DNA of 64,000 nucleotides, taken from Candidatus Multivoradales bacterium (GTDB taxonomy: Bacteria; Acidobacteriota; Thermoanaerobaculia; Multivoradales; J023). The position numbers and the translations under genes were made by a program. Where the stretch lies: contig CBDFLE010000005.1 in assembly GCA_965248925.1 (NCBI GenBank), forward strand, positions 1,792,001-1,856,000, read 5' to 3'. Positions 40,948-50,300 of this stretch are shown piece after piece (the stretch's first letter is position 1; every line of letters begins with the position of its first letter). A model generated the notes under the pieces. That model searched no databases. It was given only the letters and a program-made list of their open reading frames with translations, and was not told the origin of the DNA.

Positions 40948-40988
40948 GAGCTTAGTGTTTGTCGATAGTATCGTCAAACACTAAGCTC
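40948..40988. promoter_or_regulatory. 41-bp palindrome forming the promoter/operator of the HigA-NTase operon
   Basis: GAGCTTAGTGTTTG-N13-CAAACACTAAGCTC; minus strand TTGACG-17-TAAGCT then 7 nt to ATG. Confidence 0.85.
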
Positions 40989-41185
40989 GCCGCAGCCTGC
41001 GCATCTTGAATCGTAGGCAAGCGGATTGGTTCCTTCAAGCCGGTGCCAGATCCTGCCGTGCGGTTGCTCGGAAAGCGGCGTTTGAATAGTCAGTGGAAGA
41101 GCGGCGCGATTAAGCGGGAGGTACTGACCGGAGCATTGACCCGCCGAGGAGATTCGCCGCCGGGTCACCATGAGAGGAGATCCCA

Positions 41186-43261
41186 ATGAACTCGAGACGA
41201 CGGATTGCTTTGCCGTTGCTAATGCTTTTTTTGGGCGCTGCAGCGACCCCCCACGCTTGGGCGGCAGGCGCACCGATACCGCCCACAATGCCTACCTTCG
41301 ACCCGACCGCGATCGACGCCTCCGCCGATCCCTGCGAGGACTTCTACCAGTACGCCTGCGGCGGATGGCACGCTGAGAACCCGATGCCGGCCGATGTGAG
41401 CTTCTGGTCTCGCCCCTACACGCAGTTCTCGCGTCGACTCGAGGACTACTTGCGGGCCCTGATCGAGGACGCTGCCCAGGACGGCTCCAAGCGCACCGCG
41501 GACCAGCAGAAGGTCGGCGACTACTACAGCGCCTGCCTGGACACCGACGCCATCGAGGCTCGCGGCCTGGTGCCGCTGCAGACCGAGCTGGCGCTGATCG
41601 ATGGCATGGGGTCGATCGACCAGTTGCCGACCCTGCTTGGTGTGCTGGATCGGAGCTTGCCGTACGAGACGGACGCGGTCGTAGGCCTGAACCTGTATGC
41701 CGGGAGTGACCCGGTCGACGGCGGACAGGCGCTGAGACTGTGGATTGATGTGAGCAGTCTTGGGCTGCCGGGGCGAGACTACTATCTCGACAACGGCGAG
41801 AAGAGCGAGGTCCTCCGAGAGCAGTTCCAGGACCACATCGCCGGGATGCTGCGGCTGCTGGGCGAGGGTGAATCCCAGGCAGGCGACTCCGCGCAAGCCA
41901 TTCTGGCCCTCGAGACCACCCTCGCCGAGGCTGGCCTGCCCTACAGCACGCTGCGCAACGATCCCTCAGCCTACTCGAACCCGATGACTCTGGAAGAGCT
42001 GCAATCGTCCACGCCGAATTTCCGTTGGGACGACTTGCTGCGCGCCTATGGTTTGCCCATCGACCCGCGAGTCAACGTCGTGCAGCCCGCCTTCCTGCGT
42101 GTCTTTGATCGGCTCCTGAGCGAGGTTTCCCTCGATACCTGGAAGGCGTACTTGCGCTGGAAGCTCGTCGTCAGGCGCGCCGAGTTGCTGCCGGCGGCAT
42201 TCAGTGAAGCTCGTTTTGAGTTCTACGGCAAGGCGCTCAGCGGTCGAGAGACGCCACCCGAGCGGTCTCGACTGTGCATCAATCACCTGGAGCGCGATCT
42301 GCCCGATGCCCTGAGCCGGGTGTTCGTGGCGCGGGGTTCAAGCTCCGAGATGAGCGAGCAGACGGTCCTCATCTTCGAAGAGATCAAGGCCGTTATGCAT
42401 CAACGCATCGAAGGTGCCGAGTGGATGGCGTCGGAGACCAAGCATGCAGCGATTGCCAAGCTCGCCACCGTGCGCCTGAGCGTCGGCCACCCAACCGAGT
42501 GGCTGGATGACCAGCGCGTGGTCGTCCGTCGTGACGATGCCTACGGTAACGTCCAGCGAAGCAGCGCTGCCCTGCGACGGGCCAAGTTAGCGGGACTCGG
42601 GCAGCCCCAGGACATCAATGATTGGTGGCAACCCGCGACCTGGGTGGGTGGCTATCAAGCAAACAATCTGAACGCCCTCGTCATTACCGCCGCCTACTTG
42701 CTCCTCACGGAGGAAGGGGCGAGCGACCCGGCTGTGCACTACGGACTCCTCGGCCTGTCGATGGCCCATGAGCTCATCCATGGCTTCGACCCTCTAGGCC
42801 GCGAGTACGATGCTCAAGGCCGCCTGCGCGATTGGTGGACGGATGCCGACGCGACCCAATTTGACCAGGCCGGACAATGTGTGACCGATCATTTCTCGTC
42901 GCTGGAGTATGCGCCCGGAATCCCGGTGGACGGCGCCCTCGTCGTCTCTGAGGAAGTCACCGAGCTGGCGGCCGCGAGCATCGCCTGGCAGGCATATCAG
43001 TTGGCCACCGCGGGGCAGCCACAAGTCAAAGTCGGGGGGCTGACGCCGGCCCAGCGGTACTTCCTGACCGGTGCTCAGTCCTGGTGTACCGACGCCACCG
43101 AAGAGACCTGGCGCTCCCTGTCCAAGGGCGATGGCCACGCTTGGGGCACCCCGGCGGTCAACGGTATCGTCCCGAATTTGCCGGAGTTCGCCGAAGCCTT
43201 CGGCTGTCAAGCCGGGGACGCCATGGTCAAACCGGCAGAGGAGATTTGCAAGATATGGTGA
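41186..43261 (+). CDS. Secreted M13-family metallopeptidase
   Basis: DPCEDFYQYACGGW, LGLPGRDYY, AHELIHGFD..G..YD..G.LRDWWT, EFAEAFGC. Confidence 0.93.
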   Translation: MNSRRRIALPLLMLFLGAAATPHAWAAGAPIPPTMPTFDPTAIDASADPCEDFYQYACGGWHAENPMPADVSFWSRPYTQFSRRLEDYLRALIEDAAQDGSKRTADQQKVGDYYSACLDTDAIEARGLVPLQTELALIDGMGSIDQLPTLLGVLDRSLPYETDAVVGLNLYAGSDPVDGGQALRLWIDVSSLGLPGRDYYLDNGEKSEVLREQFQDHIAGMLRLLGEGESQAGDSAQAILALETTLAEAGLPYSTLRNDPSAYSNPMTLEELQSSTPNFRWDDLLRAYGLPIDPRVNVVQPAFLRVFDRLLSEVSLDTWKAYLRWKLVVRRAELLPAAFSEARFEFYGKALSGRETPPERSRLCINHLERDLPDALSRVFVARGSSSEMSEQTVLIFEEIKAVMHQRIEGAEWMASETKHAAIAKLATVRLSVGHPTEWLDDQRVVVRRDDAYGNVQRSSAALRRAKLAGLGQPQDINDWWQPATWVGGYQANNLNALVITAAYLLLTEEGASDPAVHYGLLGLSMAHELIHGFDPLGREYDAQGRLRDWWTDADATQFDQAGQCVTDHFSSLEYAPGIPVDGALVVSEEVTELAAASIAWQAYQLATAGQPQVKVGGLTPAQRYFLTGAQSWCTDATEETWRSLSKGDGHAWGTPAVNGIVPNLPEFAEAFGCQAGDAMVKPAEEICKIW

Positions 43262-43313
43262 AGCGCACTCCTTCTCGGTCGATTACCAACGGACCCACCC
43301 AGGAAGGCGTTCC

Positions 43314-44651
43314 GTGAGACTTGTCTCAGACCTTATGGCGGTTCTCGTCCTCCTCGCCGTCACACCTCAGTTGGGATCGAGCGAAGGTACGCAGACGATT
43401 CATGCCGGCCGGCTTCTCGATGTCGGCGAGGGTTCACTGCGCTCGGATATTCTGATTCGAATCGAGAACGGAGTGATCACCGGGATCGTGGATGCGGGCG
43501 AAAGCGAGATCCCCGCCGACGTCCTCGATCTCTCCGACTACATCGTTCTCCCGGGCCTGATCGACGTGCACACTCATCTGTGCGACAACACCTGGCTGGG
43601 AGAGGCGTTCGACCACTGGGCCCTGCCGGCGCCGGCGTTCGGCGTCGTGGGGACGGTCAACGCGCGCAAGGTACTGCGCGCCGGATTCACCACCGTCCGC
43701 AATGTCTCGGAGCCCTACTACTGCGGCCTCGCCCTCCGCGATGCGATCGCCAGGGGGTGGACCGAGGGGCCGCGCATCTACGCCAGTGGGCCGATGATCT
43801 CGATGACGGGCGGGCATGGTGATTGGGGAGGCTGGATGGGTCCTTCGCACTCGGGTGATACACCGGCCGAGGCGGTCGCCGATGGCGTCCTCGAAGTCAG
43901 GAAGCAGGTGCGAGAGCACCTGAAGCACGGCGCCGACCTGATCAAGGTCGCCGCGACCGGCGGTTTCTCCAGCCACGGCACCGTTCCGGGCGCGGCCGAG
44001 TACGCGATCGACGAGATGCGGGCTGCGGTCGAGGAAGCCGCGAAGCGGGGACTGACCGTCGCCGCCCACGCGCACGGCGCGGAGGGAATCCAGAACGCCA
44101 TCGCGGCGGGGGTGCATTCGATCGAGCATGCCAGCCTCATGGATGACGAGTCCATCCGGCAAATGAGAGAGCACGGCGTGTTTCTGGTCGCCGATCTTCT
44201 GGGCGCGCACTACGATCTGATCGAGGCGGGTACGGACTGGAGCCACAAAGGGGTCACGGACAACAGGGAGGAGTACCTCGCCTACGCTTCCCGCGTAGAA
44301 AAGGCCTACCGCGCTGGAGTGAGAATGGCCTTTGGCACCGACTCGGGCGTCTACCCGCATGGCAGGAACGCCGAACAGTTCGCGCTCATGGTCGATGCCG
44401 GCTTTACACCTATCGACGCTCTCCGTTCGGCGACCATCCAGGCGGCCCGGTTGCTGGGGGTCGAGACGGATACCGGCAGCATCGAGGTCGGCAAGCGAGC
44501 CGACCTGATCGCCGTCAAGGGCAACCCACTGACCGACATTTCAACCTTGACGAAGGTCGACTTCGTCATGAAACAGGGGGCCATCGTCAAGTGGGACAGG
44601 CAACCAGGAGAGGCCGCGACGACGGGCCTCGGCTCACATGGAAACAACTAG
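43314..44651 (+). CDS. Secreted metal-dependent amidohydrolase (Xaa-Pro dipeptidase-like subgroup)
   Basis: PGLIDVHTH, AGFTTVR, GADLIKV, AAHAHG, SIEH, AFGTDSG, GKRADLIAV.GNP. Confidence 0.92.
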   Translation: MRLVSDLMAVLVLLAVTPQLGSSEGTQTIHAGRLLDVGEGSLRSDILIRIENGVITGIVDAGESEIPADVLDLSDYIVLPGLIDVHTHLCDNTWLGEAFDHWALPAPAFGVVGTVNARKVLRAGFTTVRNVSEPYYCGLALRDAIARGWTEGPRIYASGPMISMTGGHGDWGGWMGPSHSGDTPAEAVADGVLEVRKQVREHLKHGADLIKVAATGGFSSHGTVPGAAEYAIDEMRAAVEEAAKRGLTVAAHAHGAEGIQNAIAAGVHSIEHASLMDDESIRQMREHGVFLVADLLGAHYDLIEAGTDWSHKGVTDNREEYLAYASRVEKAYRAGVRMAFGTDSGVYPHGRNAEQFALMVDAGFTPIDALRSATIQAARLLGVETDTGSIEVGKRADLIAVKGNPLTDISTLTKVDFVMKQGAIVKWDRQPGEAATTGLGSHGNN

Positions 44652-47283
44652 TTTGGGAGCGAAGATGATGGCTGCAATGGAAGAATCTCATCGATTGAAG
44701 TGGTCGCAGATCCTCGCTGTGCTCTTGCTCTCGTGCCTGCCACCAGCGGGCCTCGGCTCAGATGACATAACAGCCACCGCGACTGAAGGCGACCTGCTGA
44801 TCACTGGTGTGTCGATTATCGATCCCGAGGCCAATCGGGCGTCGCCTCCTCGGGACATTCTGATCAACCAGGGCTTGATCGTAGAGGTGGCGGAGGCTGG
44901 AGAGATCTCGGCTGATCGGGCGTCCATCGTTCTGTCCGCCGGCGGCATGTTCGCCCTGGCCGGCCTCATCGACGTGCACGCGCATCTAGGGGATGGTGGT
45001 CTTGGGGTCTTGACGGCAGAAGATCGCCGGGGAGCACTGTCGCAGTTCATTCGCTACGGCGTGACGACCGTCTTTGTCCCGGGAGGAGGCGGCGGCAACG
45101 ACCATCAACTGACTCGGTGGAAAGAGCGCTGCGACGCGCGGGAGTTTCTCTGCCCGGGGCTCTATGGATCGGGCGCCTTGATCACCGCGCCGGGGAGTCA
45201 CCCCATAGGCACCATCTGGGACCTGCCGGAAGATGTCGATCCGGCTGTGGTCTATGAGCGCGGCGCGGTGGCGCTGGCGGAAGATGAGCCGGCAGGGCCG
45301 CTGCTCGACCGCAAACTCGCCATGGGTGTCGATGCGATCAAGATCGTCGTCGAGGACGGGCCGGGCCCCTGGTTCCCCAAGCCCCGGCTCTCCACCGCGA
45401 AGATCGCGGAACTGGTGCAGGCCGGCCACGATCGAGGGTTGCGTACTTTCGCCCACGTCAGCATGCGTTCCCACGTCGAGAACGCTGTCGCCGCCGGGGT
45501 CGATGGCGTGATGCACTCGGCCGAGGATCCGATCCCGGACTCTGTGTTAGCGGACATGGCGAGCCAGGGAATCTTCTACATCGCTACCTTGGCTCTCTAC
45601 GATGGGTTCTACAACCACGACCTCGGTCAGTTCGAGCAGGAGGCGTTTGCCCTTGCGGGTGTCTCGAGACGGGCACTGGCCAGTCTGCAAGATGAAGAGT
45701 GGCGAAGCCGACCGGGCGATCCTCCCGAGCTCCTCGAGTCCCAGAAAGAGTCTCTCTACGACAATCTGCGGCGTGCCCGGAAAGCCGGCGTTCCTCTGGC
45801 CCTGGGCTCCGACGTCAATAACCCGATGGTCTTCCCCGGCTACTCGGCACATCAAGAGCTGGCGCTCATGGTGGAAGCCGGTCTGACTCCAGCTCAGGCC
45901 TTGCAGGCGGCGACGCTGGGCGGTGCGTCGTTTCTGGAGAAGGAGACGGGCCTGGGGAGGATCGCGCCCGGACACGAGGCCGATCTCCTAATCCTGAGAG
46001 AGAACCCACTAGAGAATATTCTCAACACGCGCACCTTGTATGCCGTGGTCGACGATGGTCGGGTGGTCGACGACGTCGTTTCGGACACCAGGTCAGAGCG
46101 CGTTTCCACCGCTGCGGAGTTCGAGCCCCAGGAGACGATCTGGATGACGTGGCCGGAGGAAGCCTGCCTCGGCGGTCCCTCCTGGGGCGACTCGGTACTC
46201 GACGTCACGGAAGTGCTGGCCGGGTACGTCAACGTTCGCCTCCACGTCTTCGATGAAGAGCAAGAGCAGAGGCTCGCGGCGAAGCTCGCGCAACGCAAGC
46301 TGGCCGGGCCGCGGGTCGAGGTCTTCGTCTACCCCAATTCTCCCGGCATGATCCGGGACTTCGGGCCGGCCTTCGTGCGCCGTTCTTCCGGCGGGCTCGG
46401 GGTGGCCGACTTTAACTGGAACAACGGCGGTGTGCGCCCGGTCGGGCACGCGCGTACCCTTAAGAGTGAAGCGCTAGACCGCAGCTGGGCCGAGCGGCTC
46501 GGGCTGCCGGTGACCAGCCGGTCGCGACTGGTGAGCGAGGGTGGTGCCCGCGAGGTCAATGGCCGAGGTACGATACTTCTGGTGGCAGCGGTGGAACTCC
46601 AGCGCAACCCTGGATGGACCAGGGAGAGCATCGAGGCCGAGTACAAGCGGCACCTTGGAGTGAAGAAGGTGATCTGGCTGAAGAAGGGTCTCTACGAGGA
46701 GGAAGCGCTGATCAGCCTTCCCGGCGGGCTCTTCAGCTACGGCACCGGCGGCCACGTCGATACGATCGCCCGCTTCGCCGATGCCACTACGATTTTGCTT
46801 GCCGAGGTCTCTGCCGAGGAACGCGACACGAGCCCGATCTCCGCCGAGAGTTTTGCCCGCATGGAGGAGAACTACCGGATTCTCGAAGGCGCTACCGACC
46901 AAGATGGGAGTCCATTCCGCGTCGTGCGAGTTCCCGCCGCCGATCTGGCGGAGGGCGTCGTGCCCTGGGAGGACCTCGGCGCCGAGAAGATCCTATTCCC
47001 CGAAGCCACTCCGGGCGAGCCGCTGCGTTATCTACTCGGCGGCAGTTACCTCAACTACATCATCGCCAACGGCGTCGTCGTGCTACCCAAGTTTGGGCGC
47101 CCGGACGGTCCCGAGTCGACCCGAGCCAAGGACGCCCAGACGCTCGAGATCTTCCAAGAGGTGTTTCCCGGGCGCCGGGTAGTCCAAGTGGACATGGTCA
47201 ATCTCAGTCACTGTGGAGGTGGTTTCCACTGCAACTCGCTGCACCAGCCGGCGGTCTCCTTGCCCCCTGCGGGAGGCGATTGA
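44638..47283 (+). CDS. Fusion: amidohydrolase + agmatine/peptidyl-arginine deiminase
   Basis: GLIDVHAH, DAIKI, FAHV, LGSD; then AEFEPQETIWMTWP, IRDFGP, SEGGA, GHVD, SYLNY, GGFHCNSLHQP. Confidence 0.88.
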   Translation: METTSLGAKMMAAMEESHRLKWSQILAVLLLSCLPPAGLGSDDITATATEGDLLITGVSIIDPEANRASPPRDILINQGLIVEVAEAGEISADRASIVLSAGGMFALAGLIDVHAHLGDGGLGVLTAEDRRGALSQFIRYGVTTVFVPGGGGGNDHQLTRWKERCDAREFLCPGLYGSGALITAPGSHPIGTIWDLPEDVDPAVVYERGAVALAEDEPAGPLLDRKLAMGVDAIKIVVEDGPGPWFPKPRLSTAKIAELVQAGHDRGLRTFAHVSMRSHVENAVAAGVDGVMHSAEDPIPDSVLADMASQGIFYIATLALYDGFYNHDLGQFEQEAFALAGVSRRALASLQDEEWRSRPGDPPELLESQKESLYDNLRRARKAGVPLALGSDVNNPMVFPGYSAHQELALMVEAGLTPAQALQAATLGGASFLEKETGLGRIAPGHEADLLILRENPLENILNTRTLYAVVDDGRVVDDVVSDTRSERVSTAAEFEPQETIWMTWPEEACLGGPSWGDSVLDVTEVLAGYVNVRLHVFDEEQEQRLAAKLAQRKLAGPRVEVFVYPNSPGMIRDFGPAFVRRSSGGLGVADFNWNNGGVRPVGHARTLKSEALDRSWAERLGLPVTSRSRLVSEGGAREVNGRGTILLVAAVELQRNPGWTRESIEAEYKRHLGVKKVIWLKKGLYEEEALISLPGGLFSYGTGGHVDTIARFADATTILLAEVSAEERDTSPISAESFARMEENYRILEGATDQDGSPFRVVRVPAADLAEGVVPWEDLGAEKILFPEATPGEPLRYLLGGSYLNYIIANGVVVLPKFGRPDGPESTRAKDAQTLEIFQEVFPGRRVVQVDMVNLSHCGGGFHCNSLHQPAVSLPPAGGD

Positions 47284-47309
47284 AGTTGGTCATCCGAGGA
47301 CGTAATCCC

Positions 47310-50300
47310 GTGACAACCGCTACCGTGATTCCGCTCGCCTGGAGCCATCGTCGGGCGAGCTTCGCCGCGACCGCTTTTCTTTTCCTGATCGGAGGGTGCA
47401 CCCCTCTGGTAGCTCCGCAACCCGCCGACCGAGCTGAACTTCGAGAGCCGTGCCAGTTTGCAGCCGTGACGGACGATTATCACGGCGAGCTCGTCACCGA
47501 CCGCTACCGTTGGCTCGAGGACCTTACGGAGCCCTGCGTCTCCAGCTGGATTGAGCAGCGCAACGTCGAATCCGAACGCTTCCTCGAGTCGGCGCAGGAT
47601 TTCCGCACCTGGGCCTCCGAACTGGTGGCGGAGTTCGCCAGAATCCAATCGGGCTCGACCCGCGTCGAGGGCGGATTTCTCCTCTCCGAGGAGGGTGGCA
47701 GTGGCGACAATCTGCCCGTCTATTTATTCGCCCGGCCGGGGATGGAACCTGGGACGCTAATCGACCCCGAAGCACTCGGAATCGACCCGGCGAGCACGAT
47801 TCGTCACATCCAGCCGTCACCGGATGGGGAGCACGTCGCTTTCGGACTATCGCCCGCTGGGCAGCGCTTGATGAGCATCCGTGTCGCCCATGTCGCGACT
47901 CAGCGCCTGCTCCCCGATCGCATCGAGGGAGTCAAATACTCGGGCGCCAGCTGGGCCAACAACAGCCGTGAATTCGTCTACTCAAAATACACCTCTCCCG
48001 GCACTCTGGATGGGGACACGCTCGATCGCGGACCGCTGGTCGCCGTCCACCGCCTGGGCACCGAGGCTGCCGGCGACACCATCCTCCTCAAGGGTCATGC
48101 GACGGCTCCCGATCTCTTCTTGGGAGCGGAGCTCAGCGACGATGGTCAGCTGCTCTTGGTCTGGGATTGGAGCGGCAAGGAGCAGGGCGAGGATCTGCTG
48201 GTCGCCGACCTCGTCGATGCCGAGACACCGCGGTGGCGCGCGCCACTGAGGGCTGCATTGGGCCGGCGCGCAGGGCATCATCGCTACATCGGGGGCAGCG
48301 GCCAGGAGGTCTACCTGCAGACCAGCCTGGATGCTGCCAAGCAACGCATCGTGCGGCTGAGGGCCGACCGGCCGGACCCATGGGAGACGGTCGTGGCGGA
48401 GGATTCCCGGCCGCTGCAGCACTCGGCCTTCACCGACGGCCATCTCGTCTTGTCCTATCGCAAGGACGTCATTACGGAGATCGATCTCTACGATGTCGAG
48501 CGCCAAACCACCCGACAGCTCGAGCTGCCCTCGCCGGGCTCTGCCTTCGTCTTCCAACGCGGCCCGAGGCCGAACTCGGTTTCTTTTCTGTTCGACTCGT
48601 TCACCCGACCGCCGACGGGCTATGAAGTCCAACCTCGAAGCGGCCGGCTACGTCCGTTGGCGGCACCTCTTAGCGAGCTCGAAGGAGTGGTCACCAACCA
48701 ACACTTCGCGAAATCCAAAGACGGCACGAGCATCCCCTTCTTCCTCGTCTCGAACTCCACGGCGCTCGGTGCTGCCTCGCCCACCCTCTTGGTTGGCTAC
48801 GGTGCTTCGCGGGGCACCCTGGAGCCGGAATTCGACGCCGAGTGGGTGACCTGGTTGAAGATGGGCGGGAAGCTCGTCTTGGCCAATATCCGCGGCGGTG
48901 CTGAGTACGGCGAGGAGTGGTACGCCGCTGCCACCCTCGCGAACAAACAAAACTCCTTCGACGACTTCATCGCAATCGCGGAACGCCTCATCGAAGACGG
49001 CGAAACGAACCGGAACCAGCTGGTGGCCTACGGTAGCTCCAATGGCGGTTTGTTGATGGCAGCGGTGATGGTCCAGCGGCCCGACCTTTTCGCGGCGATC
49101 CTGGCCGATGTCGGAATTTACGACGCCCTCCGGTTTCCTCTCTTTACCGCCGGTCCACGGTGGGTCAGAGAGATGGGCGACGCTCGTATTCCCGAAGAGT
49201 ATCCTTGGGTCCGCGCCTGGTCGCCAATTCACAATCTAGTGGCGGACACCTGCTATCCCGCCACCTTCCTGACGACGGCTCAGGACGACGACCTCGTCCA
49301 CCCGAGTCAGTCCTATAAGTTCGCCGCCGCCCTCAGCGATGTTCAAGGGTGCCCGAAACCGATCTTGCTACGGGCCTATCCGTCCGGGGGACACTCGAGC
49401 CGCGAAGCTCATGGCCTGCTCTCTGAACGGGCGGCGGACCGACTGACCTTTGCCGCGATCGAGAGCGGACTGGCCGCGCCGGCCGCCCTGCTGGTGCAGT
49501 CGTTTGATCTGCTCATTGAAGGCGGGCGGGTGATGGACCCGGACTCAGGCCTCGACGCCATTCGGCACATCGGCATAACGGATGGGGTCATCCAGGCCAT
49601 CAGCGAGACGCCCTTGGTAGGCAAGACCGAGATCGACGCCACCGGGCGGGTGGTCGCGCCGGGTTTCATCGACCTGAACACCTACCAACACAGCGACTCG
49701 TTTTTCCGCCTTCGCGTGGCCGACGGTGTGACATCCGTGCTTCATCTGGAGGGTGGGGCGGTGGATGTCTCAGCCTACTACGACGCGCTCGAGGGCCGTG
49801 CGCTCATCCACCACGGCATCAGCGTCAGCCACGGCGGTTTGCGGCTCGTCGCACAGGGCGATACATCGCTGGAAATCCTCAACGGCATGACCGACATGCC
49901 GGGCATCAATGAAACGCGTGCCTCTCCCGAGCTGGATGATCGGCCACTCACTCCCGCGGAGTTGGACACGCTGGCCGCACTCGTCGAGCAAGGCCTACGA
50001 GAAGGCGCTGTCGCCGTCGGGTTCGGCATTGCGTACACCCCCGGCACGACGCATTCGGAGATCCTGCGCATGGTCGAGCTGGCAGCCCGATACGACGCCT
50101 CGGCGCACCTGCACCTGCGGGACTGGGATGCGACGCGAGAATGGGGCGAGCTCTACGAGGTCTTCGCTGCCGCAATCCATACCGGGGGCGATCTCCACGT
50201 CAACCATCTCCAGAGTCATATGGGGAGCTTCACCGAACCTGCGCTCACATTCATCGACCGGGCGCGTTCGTTCGGCCTTCCCATCACCACCGAGTGCTAC

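Noticed and set aside
43071-43313. N-terminal extension of the amidohydrolase ORF
   Set aside because: Overlaps the M13 gene end; RBS and signal peptide support GTG 43314
46614-47309. N-terminal 232 aa of the 1884-aa ORF
   Set aside because: Overlaps the deiminase gene in another frame and is Arg-rich noise; real start is near GTG 47310 before the signal peptide
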